Below, in pieces: positions 11,317-23,190 of a DNA stretch of 64,000 nucleotides; the first letter of the stretch is position 1; each line of letters opens with the position of its first letter. The DNA lies in assembly GCF_041886205.1 (NCBI RefSeq), contig NZ_CP169029.1; one strand, 5' to 3'. The position numbers and the translations under genes are program-made. The notes below the pieces were generated by a model, which made no database searches, was not told the DNA's origin, and saw only the letters and a program-made list of their open reading frames with translations. This DNA is from Escherichia coli (GTDB lineage: Bacteria; Pseudomonadota; Gammaproteobacteria; Enterobacterales; Enterobacteriaceae).

Positions 11317-13209
11317 TTACATCACCAGGCGGCGAATGTCAGACAGCGTGTTGTTAATGATGGTAATGAAACGGGCACCATCAGCACCGTCGATCACGCG
11401 GTGGTCGAAGGAGAGAGAAATCGGCAGCATCAGACGCGGCACGAACTCTTTACCATTCCACACCGGCTCCATCGCGGACTTGGAAACGCCGAGGATAGCC
11501 ACTTCCGGCGCGTTCACAATCGGCGCGAAGTGGGTAGTACCCAGGCCGCCGATGCTGGAGATGGTGAAGCAACCGCCCTGCATTTCGCCCGCAGTCAGCT
11601 TACCGTCACGCGCTTTCTTAGAAATAGTCATCAGCTCGCGAGACAGCTCGATGATGCCTTTCTTGTTGACGTCTTTGAATACCGGAACAACCAGACCGTT
11701 CGGGGTATCCACCGCCACACCGATGTTGATGTACTTCTTCAGGGTCAGACGCTGACCGTCTTCCGACAGCGAACTGTTGAAGCGAGGCATCTGCTCAAGA
11801 GCTGCAGCAACGGCTTTCATGATGAAGACAACCGGGGTTATCTTCACATCCAGCTTACGTTTCGCCGCTTCTTCGTTCTGCTGTTTACGGAACGCTTCCA
11901 GCTCGGTGATATCGGTTTTGTCGAAGTGAGTAACATGCGGGATCATCACCCAGTTACGGCTCAGGTTCGCCCCAGAGATTTTCTGGATACGGCCCAGTTC
12001 CACTTCTTCGATTTCACCAAACTTGCTAAAGTCCACCTTCGGCCACGGCAGCATGCCTGGGATACCGCCGCCAGTCGCCGCCGGAGCTGCTTCTGCACGT
12101 TTGATAGCTTCTTTCACGTAAGCCTGAACGTCTTCGCGCAGGATACGACCTTTACGGCCAGTGCCCTTCACTTTCGCCAGGTTAACGCCAAACTCGCGTG
12201 CCAGACGGCGGATCAGCGGAGTCGCGTGAACGTAAGCGTCGTTTTCAGCAAATTCAGATTTGCCTTCCGCTTTTGCAGCCGGAGCTGCTGCCGGGGCTTC
12301 AGCTTTTGCTGCCGGAGCCGGCGCTGCCGCTTCCTGTTTCGCAGGAGCTGCAGCAGGCGCTGCGCCTTCAACTTCGAAGATCATAATCAGCGAACCAGTT
12401 TTCACTTTATCGCCAACGTTGACTTTCAGTTCCTTCACGACGCCTGCAAACGGAGCCGGAACTTCCATAGACGCTTTATCGCCTTCTACGGTGATCAGTG
12501 ACTGTTCAGCGGCAACTTTGTCGCCCACTTTCACCATCACTTCGGTGACTTCAACTTCGTCACCGCCGATATCCGGAACGTTAACTTCTTTCACGCCAGC
12601 TGCTGGTGCAGGAGCCGCTGCCGGAGCCGCTTCCTGTTTAGCCGCCGGAGCTGCCGCGCCTGCTTCACCCGCGACTTCGAAGACCATAATCAGCGAGCCG
12701 GTAGACACTTTGTCACCCACGTTCACTTTGATCTCTTTCACGGTGCCAGCAAACGGAGCCGGAACTTCCATAGAAGCCTTGTCGCCTTCTACGGTGATCA
12801 GCGACTGTTCAGCTTCAACTTTATCGCCAACTTTCACCAGGATTTCGGTCACTTCAACTTCGTCGCTGCCGATATCCGGAACGTTAACGTCTTTTGCCGC
12901 TGCAGCCGCTGGTGCTGCTGCCGGAGCTGCTTCTTTCTTCTCTTCTGCCTGAGCAGGTGCAGCGTCTGCTGCACCGTCGGCGGAATCGAAAATCATAATC
13001 AGTGCGCCGGTCTGGGTTTTATCGCCAACAGAGACTTTGATCTCTTTAACAATACCCGCCTGCGGAGACGGAACTTCCATAGAGGCTTTGTCGCCTTCTA
13101 CGGTGATCAGCGACTGTTCGGCTTCAACTTTGTCGCCCACTTTGACCAGGATCTCGGTGATTTCAACTTCATCAGCCCCGATGTCCGGTACTTTGATTTC
13201 GATAGCCAT
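11317..13209 (-). CDS. aceF: Dihydrolipoamide acetyltransferase (PDH E2), three lipoyl domains
   Basis: 630-aa translation with three tandem lipoyl domains (…[11 protein letters not shown]… three times) separated by Ala/Pro-rich linkers. Confidence 0.96.
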
Positions 13210-13223
13210 TATTCTTTTACCTC

Positions 13224-15887
13224 TTACGCCAGACGCGGGTTAACTTTATCTGCATCGATGTTGAATTTGGCGATTGCGTCAGCAACCACTTTCTTATCGA
13301 TTTCGCCACGTTTAGCCAGTTCGCCCAGCGCCGCTACAACCACGTAGGAAGCATCAACTTCGAAGTGGTGACGCAGGTTCTCACGGCTGTCGGAACGACC
13401 GAAGCCATCAGTACCCAGTACGCGGTAGTCGTCAGCCGGTACGTAAGTACGGACCTGCTCAGCGAACAGTTTCATATAGTCGGTAGATGCCACTGCCGGA
13501 GCGTCGTTCATCACCTGAGCGATATACGGAACGCGCGGAGTTTCCAGCGGGTGCAGCATGTTCCAGCGTTCACAATCCTGACCATCACGCGCCAGCTCGG
13601 TGAAGGAGGTCACGCTATAAACGTCAGAACCTACGCCGTAATCTTTCGCCAGGATCTCTGCCGCTTCACGGACGTGACGCAGGATAGAACCGGAGCCCAG
13701 CAGCTGAACTTTACCTTTGCTACCTTCAATGGTTTCGAGTTTGTAGATACCTTTACGGATACCTTCCTCAGCACCTTCCGGCATTGCCGGCATGTGATAG
13801 TTTTCGTTCAGCGTGGTGATGTAGTAGTAAACGTTCTCTTGTTTTTCACCGTACATACGCTCCAGACCGTCATGCATGATGACAGCAACTTCGTAAGCGT
13901 AAGCCGGGTCGTAAGAGATACAGTTCGGGATAGTCAGCGACTGAATGTGGCTGTGACCATCTTCGTGCTGCAGACCTTCGCCGTTCAGGGTGGTACGACC
14001 GGAAGTACCGCCGATCAGGAAGCCACGCGCTTGCTGGTCGCCAGCCGCCCAGCACAGATCGCCAATACGCTGGAAGCCGAACATCGAGTAATAGATGTAG
14101 AACGGAATCATCGGCAGATTGTTGGTGCTGTAAGAGGTCGCCGCTGCCAGCCAGGAACAACCTGCGCCCAGCTCGTTGATCCCTTCCTGCAGAATCTGAC
14201 CTTTCTCGTCTTCTTTATAGTAAGCAACCTGCTCGCGGTCCTGCGGGGTGTACTGCTGACCGTTCGGGCTGTAAATACCAATCTGACGGAACAGACCTTC
14301 CATACCGAAAGTACGCGCTTCGTCGGCGATGATCGGTACCAGACGATCTTTGATCGACTTGTTCTTCAGCATCACGTTCAGAGCACGAACGAAAGCGATA
14401 GTGGTAGAGATCTCTTTGCTCTGCTCTTCCAACAGCGCGCCGAAGTCTTGCAGGCTCGGCAGCTCAAGCTTCTCGGTGAAGTTCGGCTGACGGCTTGGCA
14501 GATAACCGTGCAGTTTCTGACGCTGAGCGTGCAGATAGGTATGCTCTTCAGAACCTTCCGGGAAGGTGATGTACGGCAATTTTTCGATATCTGCATCAGA
14601 CACCGGCACATTGAAACGGTCGCGGATATGACGCACACCGTCCATGTTCATTTTCTTAACCTGGTGCGCGATGTTTTTACCTTCAGCCGCGTCGCCCATG
14701 CCGTAACCTTTAATGGTATGAGCAAGGATTACTGTCGCTTTGCCTTTGGTTTCCTGCGCTTTCTTGAATGCAGCGTAGATTTTCTTCGGATCGTGACCAC
14801 CACGGTTCAGTGCCCAGATCTGCTCGTCAGTCCAGTCTGCAACCAGTGCTGCGGTTTCAGGATATTTACCGAAGAAGTGTTCACGAACGTACGCACCATC
14901 TTTCGATTTGAAGGTCTGGTAGTCGCCGTCAACGGTTTCGTTCATCAGCTGGATCAGTTTACCGCTGGTATCCTTACGCAGCAGTTCATCCCAACGGCTA
15001 CCCCACATCACTTTGATCACGTTCCAGCCAGCACCTTCGAAGATGCCTTCCAGTTCGTTGATGATCTTGCCGTTACCGGTGACCGGGCCGTCAAGACGCT
15101 GCAGGTTACAGTTGATAACGAAGACCAGGTTATCCAGTTTTTCACGGGTAGCGATGGTGATCGCACCTTTGGATTCCGGTTCGTCCATTTCACCGTCACC
15201 GAGGAACGCGTAAACGGTTTGTTTAGAGGTATCTTTCAGGCCACGGTGTTCCAGATATTTCAGGAATTTAGCCTGGTAAATAGCACCAATCGGACCCAGA
15301 CCCATAGATACGGTCGGGAACTGCCAGAATTCCGGCATCAGTTTCGGGTGCGGATAGGAAGAGAGGCCATTGCCGTGAACTTCCTGACGGAAGTTATCCA
15401 GCTGCTCCTGAGTCAGACGACCTTCCAGGAAAGCACGAGCGTAAACGCCCGGGGAGATGTGGCCCTGGAAGTAAACCAGGTCGCCGCCATCCTGCTCGTT
15501 GCGTGCACGGAAGAAGTGGTTAAAGCACACATCATAAATGGTTGCGGAAGACTGGAAGGACGCCATATGGCCGCCCAGTTCGAGGTCTTTTTTCGACGCA
15601 CGCAGAACCGTCATGATGGCGTTCCAGCGGATAGCTGAACGAATACGGCGTTCCAGTTCCAGATTACCCGGATACTCCGGTTGTTCTTCAACGGGGATGG
15701 TGTTGATGTAGTTGCTGATACCGGTGCCTGCGGCTACGTTTACACCGCCTTTGCGGGCTTCAGCAAGCAGTTGGTCGATCAGATACTGAGCACGCTCAAC
15801 ACCTTCTTCACGGATGACCGATTCGATCGCCTGGAGCCAGTCGCGAGTTTCGATCGGATCCACGTCATTTGGGAAACGTTCTGACAT
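13224..15887 (-). CDS. aceE: Pyruvate dehydrogenase E1 component
   Basis: 887-aa translation [29 protein letters not shown]…; ThDP-dependent E1. Confidence 0.96.
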
Positions 15888-16047
15888 GGGTTATTCCTTA
15901 TCTATCTAATAACGTTGAGTTTTCTGGAACCTGTCCCATTGAACTCTCGCCGGAAAGCTCAATAAGACAGGTTCTACGTTTAGTTGCCGCGCTTTTATAT
16001 GCGCTTGATTTACAACATCTTCTGGATAATTTTTACCAGAAAAATCA

Positions 16048-16812
16048 CTAATTCTTTCGTTGCTCCAGACGACGCAGAGAACGCTCACGGCGGCTTTCTT
16101 CACGGCTTCTGTCGAGCAAAATTTCTTCGATAAAGGCCAGATGGCGATGCGATGCTTCGCGCGCTTCTTCCGGCTTACCGGCCATAATCGCTTCAAATAT
16201 GCGGGTGCGGTGACTACTCACCAGCGGCAGCATCTCGCGACGCGAATAGAGCAATTCGAAGTTCTGGCGGACATTCTGGGCCAACATCGGCTCCATACAC
16301 CTTAGCAGATGAAGCAGAACCACATTGTGGGCCGCTTCAGTGACAGCAATCTGATACTGGAGTACGGCGTTTGATTCCGCGTCCAGATCGCCAGACTGCT
16401 GCGCCAGTTCTATGGCGTGATGGAGTTCACGGATGCGTTCCTTGTCTTCATCGGTACTACGCAGCGCGGCGTAATAAGCGGCGATACCTTCCAGGGCGTG
16501 TCGTGTTTCGAGCAAGTCATACTGTGACTCAGGATGGTCGGAGAGCAGCTCCACCAGCGGATCGCTGAAGCTTTGCCATAGGCTGCTCTGGACAAAAGTG
16601 CCGCCACCCTGGCGACGAAGCAACAAGCCCTTCGCTTCGAGACGTTGAATCGCCTCACGCAAGGAGGGACGGGAGACGTCAAACTGTTTTGCCAGTTCGC
16701 GTTCCGGTGGGAGTTTTTCGCCCGGGCGGAGAGTGCCTTCGAGGATCAAAAACTCCAGTTGCTGCTCAATCACATCGGAGAGTTTTGGTTGGCGGATTTT
16801 GCTGTAGGCCAT
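16048..16812 (-). CDS. pdhR: GntR-family pyruvate-sensing repressor PdhR
   Basis: 254-aa translation [26 protein letters not shown]… with N-terminal wHTH; start at internal ATG 16810-16812. Confidence 0.93.
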
Positions 16813-16843
16813 GAGTTCCTGTCTTAAGCCACTTGCCGAAGTC

Positions 16844-16860
16844 AATTGGTCTTACCAATT
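16844..16860. promoter_or_regulatory. PdhR operator (perfect palindrome AATTGGTCTTACCAATT) in the pdhR promoter
   Basis: 17-bp perfect inverted repeat 32-48 bp upstream of the pdhR ATG; matches the ATTGGT-N3-ACCAAT PdhR box. Confidence 0.8.
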
Positions 16861-17264
16861 TCATGTCTGTGACGCTAAAGTAACAAAGTATTCACCTTAT
16901 GTCCATACAGGTTTTGATTGAAATCATGAAACTGTGCACATTTTAACAACTTGACATATATAACGTTTCAAAGTTGTAACTATGCACAAATGTAGACTTT
17001 ACGTAGGAAAGGAGTTTTTTAACGATTATTAAACTATAAAAATCCGAATTGAACCGATTCACTTACCAATTTTGTGATTTTTAATTCAATTAAAACGAAT
17101 TTAAATTCATTCTACATATTGAGAGGGGTTGAGGCTGAGCTTTACAAACGGTTTCTTTTTAAGCAACTCATCTTCAACCATGCATAAAGCGGGTGCATTC
17201 GCTGCCGCATACCATTATTCTTGATCTGACGGAAGTCTTTTTGTAACAATTCAAACTTCTTTGA

Positions 17265-17282
17265 TGTAAACAAATTAATACA
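17265..17282. promoter_or_regulatory. TyrR-box-like motif upstream of aroP
   Basis: TGTAAA-N6-AATACA resembles the TGTAAA-N6-TTTACA TyrR box, about 70 bp upstream of the aroP start; partial match only. Confidence 0.3.
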
Positions 17283-17352
17283 ACAAACGGAATTGCAAAC
17301 TTACACACGCATCACTGCGTAGATCAAAAAAACAACCACCGCACGAGGTTTC

Positions 17353-18726
17353 ATGATGGAAGGTCAACAGCACGGCGAGCAGCTAAAGCGCGGCCTTAAA
17401 AACCGCCATATTCAGCTTATCGCGCTGGGTGGCGCGATAGGGACCGGGTTATTCCTGGGTAGCGCCTCCGTAATACAGTCCGCAGGGCCAGGGATTATCC
17501 TGGGTTACGCCATTGCTGGTTTTATCGCCTTTCTGATCATGCGTCAGCTGGGTGAAATGGTGGTCGAAGAACCTGTCGCAGGCTCCTTTAGCCACTTTGC
17601 TTATAAATACTGGGGCAGTTTTGCCGGTTTCGCCTCTGGCTGGAACTACTGGGTACTGTACGTTTTAGTTGCCATGGCAGAGCTGACTGCCGTGGGTAAA
17701 TACATTCAGTTCTGGTATCCGGAAATCCCAACCTGGGTTTCTGCCGCCGTATTCTTTGTGGTGATTAACGCCATCAACCTGACCAACGTTAAAGTGTTTG
17801 GCGAGATGGAGTTCTGGTTTGCCATTATCAAAGTTATTGCGGTAGTAGCGATGATCATCTTCGGCGGCTGGCTGCTGTTCAGTGGCAACGGCGGCCCGCA
17901 GGCGAGCGTTAGCAACCTGTGGGATCAAGGTGGTTTCCTGCCGCACGGCTTCACCGGACTGGTGATGATGATGGCGATTATCATGTTCTCGTTCGGTGGT
18001 CTGGAACTGGTGGGGATCACCGCAGCAGAAGCTGATAACCCGGAGCAAAGTATCCCGAAAGCAACTAACCAGGTTATCTACCGCATCCTGATTTTCTATA
18101 TTGGTTCGTTAGCCGTTCTGCTCTCACTGATGCCGTGGACCCGCGTTACCGCCGATACCAGTCCGTTTGTGCTGATCTTCCACGAGTTAGGCGATACCTT
18201 TGTGGCGAATGCGCTGAACATCGTGGTACTGACTGCGGCGCTCTCCGTGTACAACAGCTGCGTATATTGCAACAGCCGTATGCTGTTTGGTCTGGCACAA
18301 CAGGGTAATGCGCCAAAAGCGCTGGCGTCTGTCGATAAACGTGGTGTACCAGTAAATACCATTCTGGTGTCTGCACTGGTAACGGCGTTGTGCGTACTGA
18401 TTAACTACCTTGCCCCAGAGTCCGCTTTCGGACTGTTAATGGCGCTGGTGGTATCTGCACTGGTAATCAACTGGGCGATGATTAGCCTGGCGCATATGAA
18501 ATTCCGTCGCGCCAAGCAGGAACAAGGCGTGGTAACTCGCTTCCCTGCTCTGCTTTATCCGCTGGGTAACTGGATCTGCCTGCTGTTTATGGCGGCGGTA
18601 CTGGTGATTATGCTGATGACCCCAGGAATGGCGATTTCGGTATACCTGATCCCGGTATGGCTGATCGTGTTAGGTATCGGCTATCTGTTTAAAGAGAAAA
18701 CCGCCAAAGCCGTAAAAGCGCATTAA
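17353..18726 (+). CDS. aroP: Aromatic amino acid:H+ symporter (APC family)
   Basis: 457-aa polytopic membrane protein MMEGQQHGEQLKRGLKNRHIQLIALGGAIGTGLFLG…. Confidence 0.95.
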   Translation: MMEGQQHGEQLKRGLKNRHIQLIALGGAIGTGLFLGSASVIQSAGPGIILGYAIAGFIAFLIMRQLGEMVVEEPVAGSFSHFAYKYWGSFAGFASGWNYWVLYVLVAMAELTAVGKYIQFWYPEIPTWVSAAVFFVVINAINLTNVKVFGEMEFWFAIIKVIAVVAMIIFGGWLLFSGNGGPQASVSNLWDQGGFLPHGFTGLVMMMAIIMFSFGGLELVGITAAEADNPEQSIPKATNQVIYRILIFYIGSLAVLLSLMPWTRVTADTSPFVLIFHELGDTFVANALNIVVLTAALSVYNSCVYCNSRMLFGLAQQGNAPKALASVDKRGVPVNTILVSALVTALCVLINYLAPESAFGLLMALVVSALVINWAMISLAHMKFRRAKQEQGVVTRFPALLYPLGNWICLLFMAAVLVIMLMTPGMAISVYLIPVWLIVLGIGYLFKEKTAKAVKAH

Positions 18727-18735
18727 TCTCTCTAC

Positions 18736-18760
18736 GCCCTCACCCGTACAGGGTGAGGGC
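18736..18760. terminator. Bidirectional hairpin between convergent aroP and ampE
   Basis: 10-bp perfect stem gccctcaccc/gggtgagggc with loop gtaca. Confidence 0.6.
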
Positions 18761-18768
18761 AATAATCT

Positions 18769-19623
18769 TTACACCAACGCCCCGTAAATCGTCAGTAGTG
18801 CAATCACCACCACGACCACGAACGAGGTTTTCTTCGCCATTGAAACCGCTGCCTTCGGCGTCTCCACCTTATCGACATGCGGTTCACGCGCCAGAGAGAA
18901 CTGCGCCAGACGCGTTAACACCTGATACTGCGAAGTATGGAAATCACCCAGCGAAGCAAACCAGGCCGGTAACGCTTTCTCACCATGACCGATCAAGGCA
19001 TATACCACACCCGCAAGACGAACCGGCACCCAATCCAGTACATGAAGCACGGCATCAATGCCGGACTGTAAACGATGATGCGGCGTCTGATATCGCGCCA
19101 GCCAGTATTGCCATGCACGCAAAAACGCATACCCCATCAGCGTAACGGGTCCCCAGGTTCCCCCCACAATCAGCCAGAACAGCGGTGCAAGATAAAAACG
19201 AAAGTTAATCCACAGCAATGCATTTTGCAGCTCACGCAAATACTCACGTTCGTCGCAGCCTGCCGGGACGCCGTGAATCATGGTGAGTTCGCCAGCCATC
19301 GTGGCACGGGCATGGCTATCATTACGTGAAGCAGCTGTCAGATAAGCATGATAATGAAGACGAACTTTACCTGCGCCAATACACAGCAAACCAATCAGCA
19401 GCCACACCAGTAGCGTGGGAACGTTGAACAATACTCCCTGCAATGCGCGTAACAGTAAAAAAGTCACGCCCATCGCAATAATGGTCATGCCTAACGTGCG
19501 CCCGAGAGAAAAATGTTTCACCCGCCGAAAGAACGCTTCAAGACGATGATCAAGCTGCCAGTGCTCGCCCAACTTAAACAGGCGCTCGAAAATTAACACC
19601 AGTAAGGTTGTAAATAGCGTCAT
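18769..19623 (-). CDS. ampE: Inner-membrane protein AmpE
   Basis: 284-aa translation [23 protein letters not shown]…; start overlaps the ampD stop (ATGA). Confidence 0.92.
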
Positions 19624-20171
19624 GTTGTCTCCTTGCTGACCAGCACACGAAACCGTGCCCAATCAAATGCAGGACCGGGATCGGTTTTCCGATCCGGCGC
19701 AATATCACAATGGCCCGTCATGTTATTAGCGATATCGGGATAGCGATCTATCAGTGCCCGCGTAACCGCCGCAAGCTGTTGATACTGCGCATCGGTATAC
19801 GCCAGCGTATCGGTGCCTTCAAGCTCAATCCCAATAGAAAAATCATTGCAGCGTTCGCGCCCCTGATACTGAGAGACTCCCGCATGCCATGCACGTTTAT
19901 CGAAAGGAACATACTGGACTATTTCACCATCACGGCGAATCAAACAGTGAGCGGAGACGCGCAAATGGGCGATCTCAGCAAAGAAAGGATGTGCCTGCGG
20001 ATCAATAGTTCCAGTGAATAATGCGTCGATCCACGGACCGCCAAACTCGCCTGGCGGCAGGCTAATATTGTGCACCACCAGCAGGGTGGGTGTTTCGTCA
20101 TCCGGGCGGCAATCGTAATGTGGTGAGGGAACGCGGCGCGCGCCAACCAGCCACCCCTGTTCTAACAACAT
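19620..20171 (-). CDS. ampD: 1,6-anhydro-N-acetylmuramyl-L-alanine amidase AmpD
   Basis: 183-aa translation [45 protein letters not shown]…. Confidence 0.95.
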
Positions 20172-20198
20172 GCAGGATCTCCTTATATGTGGTGCTAA

Positions 20199-21152
<954 letters not shown>

Positions 21153-21354
21153 TTGCTGGCAGATTTATCCGCTCCATCGCGGGCGGATAATCTCCCCTTC
21201 CCCAACTTTCTTCGTAACGCCTCGCAAATTTCTTGTCTTTCGCTGCAACGAAATAAAAAACCTCGGAAGCTGCTTTCCCGTTTCGTTTTTTGCCCCTCGC
21301 TTGTGCCGATGGCGTTTGCCAAAGTAGCGCCAACCAAATCAAGGAGCGAAACAG

Positions 21355-21795
21355 ATGGACAAGCAACGCGGTTTTACACTTATCGAACTGATGGTGGTTA
21401 TTGGCATCATTGCCATTTTAAGCGCCATTGGTATTCCCGCTTATCAAAACTACCTGCGCAAAGCTGCACTCACCGACATGCTACAAACCTTTGTGCCTTA
21501 CCGTACCGCCGTAGAGTTGTGCGCGCTGGAACATGGTGGATTAGATACCTGCGACGGTGGCAGCAATGGCATTCCCTCGCCTACCACCACCCGCTATGTT
21601 TCAGCCATGAGTGTGGCAAAGGGCGTGGTGTCGCTGACCGGGCAAGAAAGTCTCAATGGGCTAAGCGTCGTCATGACGCCAGGTTGGGATAACGCAAACG
21701 GCGTCACCGGCTGGGCGCGCAACTGCAATATCCAAAGTGACAGCGCATTGCAGCAAGCCTGCGAAGATGTCTTCCGCTTTGATGACGCCAACTAA
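21355..21795 (+). CDS. ppdD: Type IV prepilin (major pilin subunit)
   Basis: 146 aa with class III leader MDKQRG/FTLIELMVVIGIIAILSAIGIP (cleavage G|F, Glu+5). Confidence 0.93.
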   Translation: MDKQRGFTLIELMVVIGIIAILSAIGIPAYQNYLRKAALTDMLQTFVPYRTAVELCALEHGGLDTCDGGSNGIPSPTTTRYVSAMSVAKGVVSLTGQESLNGLSVVMTPGWDNANGVTGWARNCNIQSDSALQQACEDVFRFDDAN

Positions 21796-21804
21796 GGAGC
21801 GGCA

Positions 21805-23190
21805 ATGAATATTCCACAGCTCACGGCCCTGTGCCTGCGTTATCAGGGAGTCTTGCTGGATGCCAGCGAAGAAGTGGTTCATGTTGCGGTGGTCGATGCC
21901 CCCTCACATGAGTTGCTGGACGCATTGCATTTCGCTACCACCAAACGTATTGAGATCACCTGCTGGACGCGCCAACAAATGGAAGGTCACGCCAGTCGCA
22001 CACAACAGACATTGCCCGTAGCTGTTCAGGAGAAGCATCAGCCCAAAGCAGAGTTGCTGACTCGAACGTTACAATCTGCGCTGGAACAACGCGCGTCTGA
22101 TATTCATATCGAACCAGCGGACAATGCCTACCGCATCCGCTTGCGTATCGACGGCGTATTGCATCCTTTACCGGATGTTTCACCGGATGCCGGAGTCGCA
22201 TTAACCGCCAGATTAAAAGTGCTGGGAAACCTGGATATTGCGGAACATCGCCTGCCGCAGGACGGGCAATTCACTGTCGAACTGGCAGGAAACGCCGTCT
22301 CATTTCGTATTGCGACCTTACCATGTCGGGGTGGTGAAAAGGTGGTATTAAGGTTGTTACAGCAGGTGAGCCAGGCACTGGATGTCAACACGCTTGGAAT
22401 GCAGCCGTTACAACTGGCGGACTTTGCTCATGCCTTGCAACAACCACAGGGACTGGTGCTGGTAACTGGCCCTACAGGCAGCGGCAAAACGGTCACGCTT
22501 TATAGTGCCCTGCAAACGCTGAATACCGCTGACATTAATATTTGTAGCGTCGAAGATCCGGTTGAGATCCCCATAGCCGGACTAAACCAGACGCAAATCC
22601 ATCCGCGTGCCGGACTCACCTTTCAGGGCGTGTTGCGTGCGTTATTGCGCCAGGATCCTGACGTCATCATGATCGGAGAGATCCGCGATGGCGAAACAGC
22701 AGAGATCGCTATTAAAGCGGCGCAAACTGGTCACCTGGTGTTGTCTACCCTACACACTAATTCCACCTGCGAAACGCTGGTACGTTTACAGCAAATGGGG
22801 GTCGCCCGCTGGATGCTATCATCGGCGCTTACGCTGGTAATAGCCCAGCGTCTGGTACGCAAACTTTGCCCACATTGTCGCCGGCAGCAAGGGGAGCCCA
22901 TCCACATTCCAGACAATGTATGGCCATCGCCGCTGCCCCACTGGCAGGCACCCGGTTGTATACATTGCTACCACGGTTTTTATGGTCGTACGGCCTTATT
23001 TGAAGTTCTGCCCATAACGCCGGTCATTCGTCAGCTTATTTCCGCTAATACCGACGTTGAATCGCTGGAAACGCACGCACGACAGGCGGGTATGCGTACG
23101 CTTTTTGAAAACGGCTGCCTGGCCGTAGAGCAAGGCTTAACCACCTTTGAAGAGTTAATCCGCGTACTGGGGATGCCGCATGGCGAGTAA
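21805..23190 (+). CDS. hofB: Type IV pilus assembly ATPase (GspE/PilB family)
   Basis: 461 aa with Walker A GPTGSGKT and a C-terminal tetracysteine motif (CPHC…CIHC). Confidence 0.92.
   Translation: MNIPQLTALCLRYQGVLLDASEEVVHVAVVDAPSHELLDALHFATTKRIEITCWTRQQMEGHASRTQQTLPVAVQEKHQPKAELLTRTLQSALEQRASDIHIEPADNAYRIRLRIDGVLHPLPDVSPDAGVALTARLKVLGNLDIAEHRLPQDGQFTVELAGNAVSFRIATLPCRGGEKVVLRLLQQVSQALDVNTLGMQPLQLADFAHALQQPQGLVLVTGPTGSGKTVTLYSALQTLNTADINICSVEDPVEIPIAGLNQTQIHPRAGLTFQGVLRALLRQDPDVIMIGEIRDGETAEIAIKAAQTGHLVLSTLHTNSTCETLVRLQQMGVARWMLSSALTLVIAQRLVRKLCPHCRRQQGEPIHIPDNVWPSPLPHWQAPGCIHCYHGFYGRTALFEVLPITPVIRQLISANTDVESLETHARQAGMRTLFENGCLAVEQGLTTFEELIRVLGMPHGE

Noticed and set aside
11317-13209. Three about-300-bp near-identical tandem repeats in the aceF region that could be mistaken for a repetitive or mobile element
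   Set aside because: They are in frame and encode the three lipoyl domains of the PDH E2 subunit; this is an intragenic domain triplication, not a mobile element.
13365-15638. 757-aa ORF on the plus strand antisense to aceE, and similar long antisense ORFs inside acnB (5109-6560), lpd, aceF (12260-12952), secA, ftsZ, ftsA and ilvI
   Set aside because: They lie entirely within well-supported genes on the opposite strand, have low-complexity or Arg/Thr/Val-rich translations typical of antisense frames in GC-biased codon usage, and lack start contexts. Judged to be frame artefacts.
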